Shown: positions 24,201 through 39,700, counted from the first letter of the stretch. The stretch: DNA of 64,000 nucleotides from Catajapyx aquilonaris (GCA_000934665.2 JYFJ02000410.1:1-64000); one strand, 5' to 3'. Numbers and translations: made by a program. The notes: generated from the sequence alone by a model not told the origin.

Positions 24201-25823
24201 GAGGGGAAAGAGGCAGGAATGGGCTTAGGGATAGGAATGACTTTCATGCCCCCTTCAGAGTGACAAAAAAAAGAAAGAAAGAAGAGAGAGGGTTTCGCAT
24301 TTCGGACATGGTTTGACCCCGTTTTACTCTAGGTTTTGCGACTCGCCTCGGGCCATATTATACACACTTTTGTCCAAATTGAAGTGTGGATAGGAGGGTA
24401 AGAGGAGGGCGTGAAATGAAACGATGGCAGCTCGAAGTGTTGGGACATTTTCTTGTCAGGAACAGAGAGAGGACAAAGTGACGATAGGCCCAGGAGAGAC
24501 AACAGATCGAAACAAAATTGAAGGTTCAAGGGAAAGGCACGAAATACTGCACTGAACACCTGTAGTGCATTAATATTTTATTCGCTACTTGAAAATTAAA
24601 ACTCGGAAGGCGAAAAATATTTACCAGCTATTTATTTAAATGTTTATAAAATTGCACGAGTATATTTTAAATTTCAACACGTGCATTCACATGTGTGTGT
24701 ATTCATTCTAATGCGTAAAGATATGATTCATTGAGTGCAATTTAAAACTATTCAATGCGCATTCAAAAATGTGAATTTTAAAGCGCATTTAATGCATACC
24801 TGTATTTATGCGTTAAAATGAATAGTGGGCAAAATTATTCACCTGTCCCAGTTTTAAGTTAAGTGAATAAAATAGTGATGGGAATGACAAAATTTTTGGA
24901 GGCTCAATTATTTGATTAAATTTCAAGTAAGCAAAAAAAAAAATATTGTTGCAGCTGGCCAAATATTGCATGCTGCATGTAACGTCAGGGCGGAATAAAG
25001 AAGAAAATTTGCGACACACCCGAATGTAAATGGCACAATCACGAGCAGTGTGCACCAACTGCTTTTGAGGTCTCATTGTCCCCACTCAAGCTTTCAAATT
25101 TTGTGTGGCTTTCATTTTATCCAATGCTAGAACCCACCCCAGAGCACGACACACACACATACACACACAAAGAGGAGCTAACAATGCTCAAATTATCCTC
25201 AGAGTGATTCAAAATCTAGGACAAGAAATTGGGTCTGCCATAAAAGAGCGGGACAATACTCCCATAATTGGTCCTGTCCGTGGTTTAAAATGGGACACAC
25301 ACACAGACATGTGAAACAACAGTGGACGGTCGAGAAAGGCTAATGAGGCCTCTTCTTTTGAAGCCCTTGTAGATGCCAGTTGGGCGTCGAAATAACAGAT
25401 AAAAAAGAGAGTTGGTGCAGGGCAGGGTCCAACGCGGAAATCGTTTAGGTTCGGAAGCATGGAAGAGAAAAGAGAAAGTTCGGTCTCCCCCCCCCCCCCT
25501 CCAAAAAAGGGGGAAAAAACGGACCGAGTTCAGCCGTGCGAACCGGCCCAAAACGAACGCGGTCGTCCGCAATGGGCCGAGTCTGAATTACAAGCCTGGA
25601 CGCTGCAAAAGGCGCTTTGCTTGGACAGAAAACCCAACCGACATGTTCCGGCCGGTTATATTATTATTGGGCTCAGAAACACAGAGACATGCAACTTGTT
25701 GGAAACCTTTAAAATCCCAGAAAGAAATCGGTTATGTGCCATGATTATTACCGTATTACCATATGCCTCACATAGATGGCGCACTACTGATGACTATCCC
25801 CTGACAGAGGAACTACAAATAAG

Positions 25824-26125
25824 ACTAGCAGCGGAGCCCGTTCATCGCGCGACCTGTTTCCATGGCAGTTCCATGGCTAATGTGACCAACAACAATCAAT
25901 TGCTGATTTTTGATGCCATGGAAACCACGATGCCATGAACAAACAAACAAACCAAATTAATTTTTGAACTCAGGCACGCCTAAACCTGCAATCTTACAAG
26001 GGAACGTTTGTTTGTTTGTTTGTTTGTTTGTTTGTTTGTTCATGGCATCGAGCTTTCCATGGGAACGGGTTGCCATGGCACCCAAAACAACGATTGATTG
26101 TTGTAGATTACACTACCATGGAAAT
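25824..26125. mobile_element. Inverted pair of Helitron-like fragments with (CAAA)n/(TTTG)n microsatellites
   Basis: CTAGCAGCGGAGCCCGTTC end resembles the end at 46229. About 25868-25950 is an imperfect reverse complement of about 26025-26124. Confidence 0.5.
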
Positions 26126-29100
26126 TGGCCGTGCGAAGAGGCGTTGAGGAAAATAGACGAGCAATGTTCACGTTTTGGGACGCCATTTTTGATCAAGTCG
26201 ATTCGAGCATAGCTGCTACTGTCAACCGCCACTTGTTACATTCAACGTGCTTGAATAAACTGTAACTAATATACGAAATATTATGTTGCCCTTGTTGGTT
26301 CAACCTTTTGAGGGGAGCTCGGTACGACCAGAAAAAGTGAGAACAATGCGGGTTGGAAGGGGCAAAAGGCCGACATGCCCCTGCTGTGTGGACATTCTCT
26401 TTTCTGTCGCCGCATCTGCCCGGGGTGTCCCCCCCCTTCCCCTCTCTCACACACATTCAGTATCTGTCAGCGGCACTACACCATCCCTGCGTGGTTTCCA
26501 GGAGAGCCCAGTTTAGCCCATCACTACTGGCCAATATAGGACAATACCACCAACCAGGAGGCTTCCTACACGTATATGTAGACCCCAGACAAAAAAAAAC
26601 TACATTTTCATATGGACACTACACGCTATGTCGTGATGACTCACCCCGGACAATTTTCGTCTCGCGTCTTTAAATAAACTTGGCGGTAAACCTGTCAGTG
26701 GATCAGGTCAAGTTGGAGAGGTCATTAGCCGGCTTCTTTTTCCTGGAAAGAAATCACGAAACAGGTGACAGGTGATTTATAGGATACGTGAATGGAGATG
26801 CGTGCGTGAGAGTCTGGAGATTTATGCAGGGGAGGTCCGGCTCGCATTATACATAAAACCGGGCTCAGGTTTTTCTAAGAAAATTTTTGCCAAGTGCAGC
26901 GTGAGAAAAAGAGGGTAAGAAAATTTGCAGCACTCCAACCAAGACCCGCCCAATATTTCACAGCTCCTTTTTGCCCAACCTCCGCCAAGTCACGTCTGGT
27001 CTGACGAGCACAACGTTGGTGTTTCCATCCTCAATTAAGATATGCAAAAAGTACATCTGGTTACAAAAAAATCAGATTGGCCTGTTAAATATATATTTCC
27101 CTCCGGACTGTTGCAACTGGTCTTTTTTTTTTTACAACAACGACAAGTGAAGAACCGTTTTTAAGGAGAATGGTATAGGGGAATGGAGGAGTGCAAATAA
27201 AATATGGGTAGCCATTCCCTCGAATCTAAATTTGCTGTCGAGACCATAGGAATTCCCGATAAAATCCCAAGCATCCAATCTGTTCTCGTCGTCCGGATCG
27301 ATGTCGAGAGGAGGAAATAAGCCTTTCTCATGGGTGCCAAGATATAAGGGAAGGAAAAGGGCCTGAGAGATGCGCACCCTTCGCTTCAATTATTTCTAGG
27401 AGACCCTTTTTAAATAAAAAAAATGGCAACAACATGGCTAAGTGAATATTAGTCATACGATAAGAACAAAGATGGCATTTAGATATGAATATGGGGCACA
27501 GGTGTACCTGTCAATTTCAATAGGTCGATAGTACTGTACGCTCAGAGAGAAATATATTTATAACCAGGCTTAACATCCCCAACGTTAGGATAGGTCATAG
27601 CCAATTTCATATTCGTTATTCCGAAGTTTGATTGCAACACACTGAATTTTTTAACCTTCGATGCATGCTGTATATACCAGCTAGAAAAGGAGTGTGCGTG
27701 ACGTATAACGAGGGAAAATAGTTGTCACGAACATGTATTCAGTTCTACGCGTGCAATGTGGATTTTTTTTGTGGCAATTTTTTTCGAGCAAGGTCCCACT
27801 TCATTTTTGGACATTGCTTTTGAACTTTGGAGTGTTGATATGCGACCCTCGAGTATTATTCACACTTGAAGGCCTTTGGTTCATTATTCATACTGCTTGT
27901 GCGAGAGAAAAAAATGAGACCTAATTTTATGACTCGGATTTTATCACGGTGTACACGATATACACATATGAAATTTTGCACCCTAAAATAGACATGTAGC
28001 CATCAAAATAATGCACTACACATTTATTTTTACGTAATGTTTTAAAATATTCACATCTTGTGTGCATAATGCGTAAGGAATCTTTGTTATATTATGCAAC
28101 GTAGATTCACTTAAAATTCAATTTATTCGACGTAAACATGATTTGGACTCTTCTGATTTTTTGTTCAAAGACTGGTGTTGTAAAAAATATTGGCAATCGA
28201 TTGAAGATCACTATCGGAGGTTCCAGATCCTAACCACTGGTCAATGAACCTTCATACGAACCTGCCCTAACCTAACATGAATTGGGCCTCTAAACTACCC
28301 TCACTTTGCGAATCATAGTTTTAGCTCATGCCCGCTTTACTTTTTTGTGTGTATGTGTGTGCAACAAGGATAAAAATTCTGTCAGCACGAAACACTTGAT
28401 TGTCATGCCTTTCGTGTGATTTCTTTCGACCGGATTTTTTTTTCTTCTTTTCCTTAAGACCATGCATGTTTTTTTTCTCTCTCCACTGTATCGTGTGAGT
28501 GTCAAAGTAAGAGCCTGGGAATATACACACTGATAGTAGTCATATATCGAAAAGCAGATCGCATGTATGTCCTTTTCAGTGATTCTCTATGGATGTACTC
28601 AACACCATCCAAAAAAAATTTAATCACGAAAACCTTAGTTGGGAATTTTTTTATCAACCAATTTTTTGCCCCCATTTTCATCTAGTTTTTTTTGTAGAGA
28701 GGCCGGTGAATGCGGCACACGTTTTCCTTCTTTCGTGCTGTAATCATTGCCACTATCACACGGAAAGCCTCCTGGCTGTATGATTTATTCCCGGTGGAAT
28801 GGTGCCAAGAGGCGGGAGGAGCAGGCGAGCATGTAGCTTTAGACTCAAAGGAGCCCAGAAGTGGAAGGAGGAGACAAAACGACCAAATGAGCAAGGATCG
28901 TGATTCTTAGCCGTGGCTAGCAAAATGTAGGGGACTCCCCAAAAAGTTCGAGGAGCGATTCACGGAATGGGAGCCCGTTCACCTGCACTGTTTCAAATTT
29001 TTTCGGTAAAGCAACAGTCCACATAGCACAGTACCATATATCTCACATAGATGTCTCTGCAGACTACTGCGCCACTCTCAGGGTCGTGCGAGGGGTAGTG

Positions 29101-32100
29101 GTACTGCATGCACCTCATCCTGGACAAACATAGACGCAGACTCAAGCCAATTCTATATATGATAAAAATTCTTCTCACTGTCAGTGTAATCATGTAGTTG
29201 TTCACTTAAGCTTAAGGGATAGAGGCGAAATGCCTAAACAAACAAACAAACAAGTCATTGCAGTGACAAGAATTTGTGTCGTGTAGAAATACATGATGTT
29301 TAATTGGAATGTAGAAGATCACTTACGTTCAGTTTATGTGCTAGATGTTTATTTTTTACTCATTTGTGCATAATTTTACACACGTTGGCAGCATTTATGC
29401 ATCAAGTGTCTCAAATATATTGCACATGCCAGTTTTCAGCTTGTCAGCAATTGATGTTACTTTTATGCTTGTCTCTTTCGTAACTTTACACGCTTGATGC
29501 AAGAATACTTGCCTGTGTGTGTAAAACTATGCACTTCTATGAAAATGAGGGCACTTTCACTTTTAGAGTATTGCACTTTCTGAGTCACTTCATATCAAGG
29601 CATCTGCTTTAAAATATGCTTTCCCTCAGAGGCGACTCTATTTTTTTCCCTTCCAAACGTAATTTCACAAAGTAAGCATAAAAAATGCACTACGGCTGTC
29701 GGTCTAGTGGCGAACTAAGTCTATGGCTCTTATCATCAGAGGGCCTCATAAAGCCTGAAAAAGTTATCCTAATGGGCTTTTGTGGGATACACTAAAGCCA
29801 GCACGTGACGTTTTGCACTTGCAGGAGCTCTAGACACTTCTCCCTGGGCGATGTACCAGAGATATCTCCTCCATGTTGACGCTTAGGTGCATGGCGTGTC
29901 AACAATGGTTCCATGCCGGCACATTAGCCCAATGCGGAAGAAGAAAGAAAAAGAAAACTGGCAAGGCGTGCCATGAAATATTTGAGTGTCTCGAAAATGG
30001 AGTGCTGAATGCTTCGGATCTTGAGTGAGCCCAAAAGTTTTGTCCTACGAAGCACTTATGAGTTACGACCCTTCCTTCACACGAATATGCCGATTTTTTG
30101 TGTGTTAGTACCGAGAGGCGCGTTAAAGTCTTGAAAGATGCTTGTCTCCTAAGTTATGCACCAGCTTTTATGATGAGTAAGGTATTTATGGCTTCAAGGA
30201 ATCCATCGGTCTAACCATGCAAAGAGATCGTTGGGTGGTGACAAAACGGCCCAAGATATGTGGCGTGTAAGCTGGAATTTTTGATATGCGAAGTAAATCC
30301 TAATTACGAAATACATTCAGAAGTTACGGAGACACGAGCAGTTAGAGGTCAGCGGAATTTGTTGTTGTCAGCAATAATAAACGATGACAACAATAAAACA
30401 ACGTCTTCTTTGTCTACGTCTACTGAAATGCAGAGTTTGTTTCGTTTGTTTATTTGTTTGTCTGTTTATTTCCTTTTTGTTTGTTTGTCCATTTCATACC
30501 CAAAAATATATCTCTACATATTTTGCGCACTCTCAGAACACACTGCACTGTAATAAGACATATACTAATAGCGATCGAGTACGTGCAAAACACGGTTCCG
30601 TGAGATAGACAACTCACTCGTATTACTCATGTAAATTGAGCATCGACATAGCTGTTCTTGAATAGTGCATGTTCCGTTACCTATCTAGTCCAGACAGCGC
30701 TAATTTACCGGCTCAGCATAACCCAAAGCAAATGTTTACTTACAAACCGCAGGAGATATTATGAACAGCACTGTGCGTGCTGGGTGCATGAGATGTGCTT
30801 GCGATAATCTCTACACGGTATGGAGTAATTGGAACGCCGTTACCCAGCACATGGACTTTTGCTAAGAATAGCGCTAATTTTTTAATGTACGATTCACAAG
30901 TCTCTGATTGTGCTGATTTTACCTTCACAATTGGAATCATTATTGCATTTCGCTGCCTTGTAATTACTTGGTACGTATAGTCGAGGATTCAGAATTGCGC
31001 CGCATTGCGCTGACGTACCTCATTAGACACGTACGAGCAAATCACGCTGCAATTGACAAGTCTCACAATGCTCAAACTTTGGTGACTGATGTGTTTCAAT
31101 CGGTGCTACAAAAAAGCGCAACAGTTTACTAAAATGAAAAGGTGTCTGCTAATCGATTGGCCCATACATGATGTGGCATAGAAGCTAGCTCCAGATATAG
31201 GGTCACAAGCTATTCTGATCCAAGAACTATATAAGGCATTGTACTGTATTAGCGAGACTCTCTCTAGGGCGGGCAGATGTTATTTGTGTGGCTTAGTAGG
31301 GCACTTTGTTATGAATTGCCGTGTGGTTTTTGTTATTTTCTTTTATGCTTATAACGAGAGTGAACTCTGTGCCAAGGCTTGACAAAACTATCCACCTACT
31401 GTAGTACCATATCCTGCACATATGTGGCTCATCCTCCCTCTCTGCACACTGCTGCCACTCGCAGTGTCGGGCGATGGTAGTGGTACTACTCGTCCATGAC
31501 AAACAGAGGAATCGACTCCCAGTTCTGTCCCTTGGCCCATGCCCCAAATCCCTTACGACGATAACCTGCACACAATGCATCCTTGTACTTCCGGCGTTAT
31601 AAGTTCCCTCCAAGTACATAGATCCTCGGGGCCATCCTCCACTTGTGAAGGCCCAAGTTGGAAATCCGTTAAGAGGCGGCCCAAAAGGAGGAAAGGGGGA
31701 AAGGTAAAGGCTCTTCCTCCTCCTCTGGTGCGATGCATCGGACCGGAAGTTCCCGAGAGGCCATCTTAACCCCAAAGTCGGAGCCTTCCCCCCAACTCCC
31801 TGATCCCTTCACGCCTCACAGGAACAGCAGCTCGCCTATTGACCTCTTCCTCTTCAGGGGGGTCTCCGCAGGTAATCCATCATCGGCACAGGTTGCATGT
31901 GCTACACACGAGAGGCCAACCACCTTCAAGTACAAGGTGTGTCAAAATTTGGCTCGAAAATATAATGGGCTTATCTGTGACTCTGTCCGGAGTGATTCAT
32001 CATCAATAGTGGGCAAATAGGAAGGATGCGCCATCTATGCGCGGAATCTGGTACTACGTTCGCAGTCGGGGGCAGTAAAGTGTTGCCAAGTTTTTGCAAG

Positions 32101-35100
32101 GGGCTGACACACCCTGTACATTACCATACCCTTTGACCCCACCGCCTACCCTCAAAATACGGACTCTTGGTTCGATGTAAAATCCACATCAGCCTCGACC
32201 CTATAGAAAGAAGAGGAGAGGACTTTGGATGGTCCACGTGTTTTGTGGTCAGGCTGTAATTAGGGCAGATGCGCACTTCAAGGGTCATTTACAAGGGAGG
32301 GATCATTACGTACGACCTTAATGAAACCGAGTGGCTTTATCCAGGGGTTCGAGTAGAGGATTCAGAGTGCAAATGTCAGATGGTAATGAAATTTGTACAG
32401 GGGGTGATTTTTTTTAGAAAGTCGGATAGATATTACATTGGAGTGTGCAAGGGGTTGGAGTGTCGTGCGAGGGGTGTACAGAGCATGAGTGGACATTAAA
32501 ACACGAGTTAATTACTGCTGAAGGTTAAATAAGTCATTGGCAGGAAAGTGCAGAGGGAGTCATTACTACATGTCATGCAGCAGGAAATGGCTCGAAGAAA
32601 TGTTTCAGCAGATTATTATTTTTTCTTCAAAATTTCCAATGTGGCCCGATGCATCCTGATCCCTGTCGTTATGAGGTAAAGCCTGACTGTAAACAGTAAT
32701 CCCTTGACGTCATCATCCCATTACCGTAAAGAACAAATCCGGCTCCGCAAAGGCCCCTAAGGCACCAAGAATCGATGCTCCAATTCCCATTAAATATGCA
32801 TTTTCACCTGCTTAATGCTCGTATTAGGAAGTGGCCAAACTCTGCTAGATGAAACACCAAAAACCATTTTCAAAATTTGCGGAGTTTTAATTTGCCACAC
32901 TCTGTGATTTTGCAAATTTGCCCCCAAATTTTGGGATAAAATATTATCGATTCCTAGACCTCCAACATGAAGCAGTTTTTTTTCCACCACAGAAAGGAAT
33001 CTGTTTGGTTAGTCAGCTATCTAATCTCCAGAGGAGGATTTCGCCCTTCATTAATATGCAAGATAGGACTCCTCCAGACTTTTTCTCTCTCTATCCGTCT
33101 CCTTTAAGAAAAAGGAGGAAGAAAAAAATGCAATCCACTGAGGCTTGAACTTTTAGGTCACGTACTACCCTTTCCCTATCCGCTCCATTACAGGTCAGGA
33201 AGAAAAATCATGCTGGATGCGAATTTTTCATACAATTTTTTTTATGGAGACTGAACCATGCAATGGCAGAGCCTTTTGTATCCTGCAAGTTAGGCTTTTT
33301 GGCGAACAACCCGACATGATGTGTTGCCTTGGAAAGTCAGGATAAAGCGGCCTTGTTTCCAAGCATAATTTCCAGATAATGGTGAATTAAGACACAGGGA
33401 CTTACACAGGGTATTATAAACGAGAGGCTGGGAGATTGTAAACAACTCCCGAGTAATATTCCAAGGGTCTGTACTGTCAAGTTGAAGCAGTTCAGTGCGA
33501 TCACAGGCCGTAGCAGTATTTCAAAGGGGATTTGACACCCGCACATTATAAACTGCGTATTATGTCAGTAGCGTTCGGAGGGAGGAAACAGCTGGTTTTG
33601 CTTCAAAGTCGTCCACTTTGCTTTCCAAGTGAGCCGATAAGGAGAGGAGAGAGCCCTCTGCATATTTTATGCGGGTTCCGAAGTGCCATCTTGTGTTGCC
33701 CCGTCTTTCTCAAAACTTTATTTTTTTCTCTTCCCTTCTCAAGTTCATTGAGAAAGTATTGGTGACGTACCAATAAATGAAAGACTTGACAGGTAAATGA
33801 CGTCAGAAGATGCCCCTGCTGCTGTTTGGATAGATCTCATAAAGATGCTGGATGAACCTTTAGAACGAATTATGTAAAATATTAATGTATGAGTGATTTG
33901 TGAACTCTGTTGGAAGTGAGATGTCATGAAATTGGAAGATCAGTATTGAAAGCACTAGTCTGGGATATATTTCAAATACGAGTATGATCATAGAGAGAGC
34001 GAGGATTATGCCTGCATCCGGCATGAATCCGGGGTTGGGATTTTTTTTTTTTAAATATTTCGCCGGCGTTTGAAGTAAATTCTAGGGCTCATTGTAATCG
34101 TTCCACTCGATCGGTTTTATTTCAATTGAGTCTGCTGGAGTGAGAATGAAATCAGTCCTACTCTCTGGAAAATTTTAGGTTGGAAAATAGGAGAGGGAAA
34201 TATATGTTTTCTACTTGCATTGCGATATAACTGCAAAATGTGAAATAGACGCACGCAAAAAATAGAGGAAAAAACAACAATACGGTATTGAGTTAACGTC
34301 GTAATCTAATACAAATGTTTGTATATTTTTTGCGAATTTTGTACTGCAGGCCTACATTTTTCATACAACTTTAAATGATGATATTTTAAAAGGGGCATTA
34401 CGTATCACGGAAAGAAACGACAAAAAATGACATTATTAGAAGACCTGCTATTGCTTCATAACATAAATGTTGCTGAATCCGTCACTTTTCAAGTCGTGTT
34501 AACATCTGGATAAGCTTCTGAAGCGATGTCTATCTCCGGATCTCTCCCGGATCAAAAGTTTGCGCTTGTCTGATATCCTTTGGCTGACAGGCAAAGTTAT
34601 CCGGTCATCCTGTTAGTAACGCCCTGTTTTGTATCAATCTGAGTGGCGAACTATGTTGCGGAAAAAGAGACATATAGACCTCTTAAAAACCTGTCATTGT
34701 ATCAGGCCGATTACAGCCAATAAGACAGTTTCGATGCCAATTTTTAAGAGGAAAATCATAATGCTTATCACGAGTTTAAAAACAATTAATTTACAATGTG
34801 TCTGCAAATTTTTGTTTGTATGTTTGGACGTTTATCTGCATAAACAGCCGGTTATAATACTGGGGGTGGTGGAAAGTTGGAATGTACACACACAATGCAC
34901 AGTAATTTAGGGATATTTATTAGCAAAGAGCACGCGATGGGTGGGCAGCAACATTAAAACGAGTCGGCTTATGCAATAAAATTACACTGTAGAGCTGAGC
35001 AATTGTTAAAATGTTAAAATGTAATCACTTTTTGAAGTAGTGCGAACTACAATTTATTTAAGCTGCTATAGATCCATGGTATTTAAAGGATTTCCAGTCC

Positions 35101-35592
35101 GGATTAATTGAAGTTCCATATTTTTATTTTTAAATATTTTTTTATACTCTCGTCATTGTGAAGGGGCCAGATTTAATTCAATTCGTCACACTCCTCAGGC
35201 CACTTTGACGGAAGCGCCGAGGGCCGAAGGTGGTTCCAAAAGATTTTCACTTTGCCGCTTTTTGGTCCCTCGAGGCCACCCTTTGGATGTGGCATCCTCC
35301 TCCCCACCCCCCTCTTCCTCTGGTTTCCTTAACTCGAAGCTTCTCTCTCTTTCTTTTCCTCCTGCCCTACCCGTTCCCCCTGGAGACATTGGTAGGGGCA
35401 TCAATGGACCTCCATTTCCCTTCATTTCGCAACTTATGTAAAAGGAAATCTCAAGGGCAAGTCATGACCTCTTCCAGGGGGACCCTTTTCCTTTGTGTGG
35501 TGCATCAACCCCCGGAAACCTCAACCCAACCCTCAGAGAAAATCCGAAAATTATTATCCAAGTAGTAGCATATCCTTCACTAGATGACGCAT

Positions 35593-35747
35593 GCTTGGCA
35601 GTGTCGCAAACGTCCGCCATTTTGTCCCTTCCCCCAATCGTAGCGTTGGAAATAAGTGCATCGCTTATTTAGAGATTAACAGCTATCATTGATAATTCCA
35701 ACCACGCAATCTGCGCGAACTGTGGTGAGCACTCGGTTGCTCTCGTA
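35593..35747 (-). mobile_element. MITE family B, partial inverted copy
   Basis: Reverse complement of the left half of copies 1-3 (GCAAACGTCCGCCATTTTG...GCGCGAACTGTG...GCACTCGGTTGC). Confidence 0.65.
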
Positions 35748-36493
35748 AACAATTAACCTATAAAATTGCTCTACAATTTTGCGCCTTTCAGGACAAGCTG
35801 ATGACATCATTAATTATGAATAATTGTGGAGCTGATGCTAATGTGCGTGTGGCTTGAACAGTACAGAGTGTGACAGAAGAGCACGTCAGCTTTAAAAGAA
35901 ATTAGCGGCCGCATTTTGTCGCTGAAAATTATCCCAGCTCGCCAGTTTTGACCCAGTTAACTACATGATAAATAATGGGCATTGCGTTTACGCTAGTTAT
36001 TATTATTGCTTACTGAGGACATCTTTGCTGACGGTCCTCCGTGAGAAGTGAACCTAGATTTCGCAGCTGGAGTTGAAATGGAGACCGAAAGCCTCATACC
36101 AACTCCCCCCACCCCCTCCCCCCCCACAACCCCTCTCAGTAATTAGGTTTTAATAATCGCCCCAACATTTACGGGTAATTTAAATTCAAATAGACCATTC
36201 CGGCCGCGCCACCACCGAACTAATCTTTCGGCTCTTTAACGTCCAGGAAAAATGATGATACTGCTACTTATAATCATTTCGGGCTCCGGACTAGTGCGAT
36301 TCACTGTTTTTTCCGCCAACAATGAAATCCGGAGTCCGGACACACAACAGGGTGTTTCCTATAGAAGGAGACAAAAATATATAACTTATGTATAAAAGGC
36401 AAAGTTGGTTTGCATGTTTGTCCAGGTTTGGGTACCATGGCAACAGGCCGCCATGCTGACAATCTGATTTTTTCCTAATTATAGCAATGGGGG

Positions 36494-36749
36494 TGCAACC
36501 GAGTGCGCACTACAGTTCGCGCAGCTGGCACTGTTGGAATTATCTGGAAAGCTTTCTGTATCTGCGACGGTGTACTGAGCTGCACTTATTTCCCACGCTA
36601 CACTTGGGGGGGATCAAAATGGCCGACATTTGCGACGCTACCAAGTCTCTAGAACTAAATGTAGAGGCCCGTGGAGAGTAATTCTGGCAGCTTTGTTGTC
36701 ATAACAATGGAACTGCGCGAGTATGGGTGCGCACTCGGTTTCGCTCGTA
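36494..36749. mobile_element. MITE family B, copy 3
   Basis: GCAACCGAGTGCGCAC...GTGCGCACTCGGTTTC termini and shared internal blocks. Confidence 0.75.
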
Positions 36750-39700
36750 AAAATTAATCTCTAATTAGCATTACTTCACATTTAATATTTTGCGGGGACA
36801 TTATTAAGAAGGAATATTTGTGGTCCTGTGGGGCCATCCTATTCATTGATCTTTTTCAACGTTCCTGGGGCTTCATACACATCCTTCCACCGGATTTTCC
36901 CCAGCTGGAAAACTGAATGTTGTTATTCCGGGGATTATTCGGAGTGAAAAATAACATTTCACCCGGACCTAGATGTGCATTTACATATTCATTTTCGAAG
37001 GGGTATGGAGGGGACGACAGATGTGGTTGGACGGACGATGTGATGTAACGCTTATAACCTTGGGCCTGCTGGACACAAAAAGCATGTTCAATGGGCGGGT
37101 CCTTTTTCTATAAGGGATTTGTCAGGAGAGGAAATAGCTAATTTTGGTAGAAAACTATCAACTTTATGGCGCAATATAAAACAATTTGCGTAAATGATGG
37201 ATAGTTTTGTTTCTATAGGAAAATTGTCCTTGATGTCAACTGATGAAACATTTTTCTTACTTAGCGATGACTGTTACTTGCTGGCGCTTGTTTAGTTGAG
37301 ACAGTTGTGGAAAACGTCGCTTAAAATGCAAGTGTTGCAAGATAGCTTGTGTACATAGATTTGACACGGTGAAGTTCATTTTATAGCAACAATTTTTGTT
37401 CCTTTAAGACAGGCTTCATTTGTTGTCACTATTGATTGTTTATTGGCAGACTATTACGAACTTAAAGGCTTGTTGATAAATAGACGCATTCACGTCTCCT
37501 GCGATAAAGACACTGCCGAATGGCGCCCATTAATCTTGTTTATTGCTGCTTATTAACTGGCACGTCAGTAGGTTTCGTGTTCCAGACACTCTGGATGAGA
37601 AACACACTAACACTGTGCATTATTGACCGGTAAGAAACAAACGTCTGCGTGCAGTTGCTGAATAAGAGAGATGTACCCGGGGTATTAACGGGATGTCCTC
37701 CATTTAAAATTGATATTAATTACTTAGGGCGGTTTATCACCCACGTTCCTTCAGGGCAGTAATTGGCATTGTTGTGGAAGTGTCATCGTTCCGAGGGGGA
37801 AAAACTGCTGTCAATTTTGTCTCCATGGTTCATTTTAATAATACGTAGGTCATTGCATTACAATTTTAACGGGGATGTAAGCGATGTTTTAATAGCTATG
37901 CCAGTCACTAGTCGGGTCATGGTGACAGGCAGAAGGTCACGAGAAAAGTGAGTTACTTGGACTGGCAGGGACATAAAGTGTGTGGCGGATAAACATCTAA
38001 CCGACCTTTCTCTGGAGAATATGCCTGCAAGACGTTGACAGATGGCGATGTTAACTTTTTCAAGGTTTTGCGTAAAGAGTGTGACAGCGTCGCATTAAAT
38101 ATTTTTTTCCCTTCCGGAGAGAAGTATGGTGCCTTTTCCTGTCATATGTGGCACGCAGTGAAGACAGAGTATATGTCCAACAGTTCGTAAAACTAATCCT
38201 AAAAAGGAGTAAGGTAGCATAACGTTAGGTCTGCTACCTTACTCCTTCATATCTTTCCGTTGATCGCATATTTCCCTCTTGCTTTAGTCCAATCCTTTCT
38301 GGACAAACTATAGTCCAACTTGACAAAATACAGCCACGAGTGGCGGAGACTAAATATTTGATGTCCCACAAGTTCCATGATTATCTCCGCATTTCCTGGA
38401 TTGATCATTCCCCATTCCGCCCCAGTGTCATTGGACTTTTGGGAATATGACGACCTTTTTTCCCCCCCTTAACATCCTGTTGTGTAAGATGGTGGGAGGG
38501 TTTCTCCCCCCTCTCCGGAAGACGACCATTAGAGTCCAGACAAACTGACTGGCGACGTGTTTGCTTTCCATAAAGGGGCTAGAAAGTGCTGTCGAGGGCC
38601 AAGTGGGCCAGCAATTCATTAGTGTCTCCGCACTATGCTTTCAAAGCAATGTTAGTGAAATAAGGAATCAATCTTCCAACCTCCAATGTTGTATTAAGTC
38701 GTGAAGAAAATGGCGGAATGTTAGAACGCTGGGGTGCAAAATGTTGCGATCAGTTTACAAGGCGGAGCGGACACGAGCAAGGAAAATTAATCACCATAAG
38801 GATGAAAAGGGTCTTGTCGGGGGATGGTAAAAGCGCTGCCTGGCGGGAGAGGAGCCTCGGCTTTTTGGTTAGAACCCACCTCCCCTAGATATGATTGAAG
38901 AGTCCAGGGGCCTTGGCACCTTCCTCTGGCCTAATCTCGGGCTTCATTAGCCACCTATTTCAGCCGGATACAGCGGGTTTGTCAGCGGATGGGAAGCGGG
39001 CCAGCTCTTGATTAAGATGGAGGAAAGTAACGTTGATTCAATCGCGGGCGCCGTCAGAACGGGCTCCAAATTCCCGTGTAAACATTCCGAGACAGCGTAA
39101 ATAAGTGGGGGGGTTGGGGAGGGGGTTGGGGAGAAGGCGACTGGGGGTAACAAGCGACATCTGATGGAAAATCATGCGGTTATGGGCCACCTGGATTTGA
39201 TGTAACCAACATGTGAAGCGTGTCATAATAATGTTATCACAAAAAAAAATACTATCGACAAACAAAAATTGCATTCAAATGTTGGAAAATGATATTTCCT
39301 AGCTTGTAGATTGACAAAGCTTTAATTAAAATTACGCTTTGTTAACTAAAACTGAAATGTATTGTTGTTATAGGGTCTATTAGCCAAATAACTGCTACTA
39401 GTAATCGTCACTAAAGAACTGCTACTAGTCACTAAAGGAGCTTCTACTATGGAAAAATCACCAAAACTGTTACCAACGGCCACTACAAAAACTGCTATTG
39501 TGGAATAACCACTAAAAGAATTGTTACTATAGGGAATAGTCACTGAAATGACTGCTACGAGAGTATTAACAATTAAAGGTAATGCTATTGGAGTACTGCG
39601 AGTGTCAACTGCTATGATAGAGTAATAAATTAATTAACTGCTCTGTGCAAAATAATGCAAGGCTGGCCTTAGGCAATGACTTAGTGTTCAGATGTCAAGG

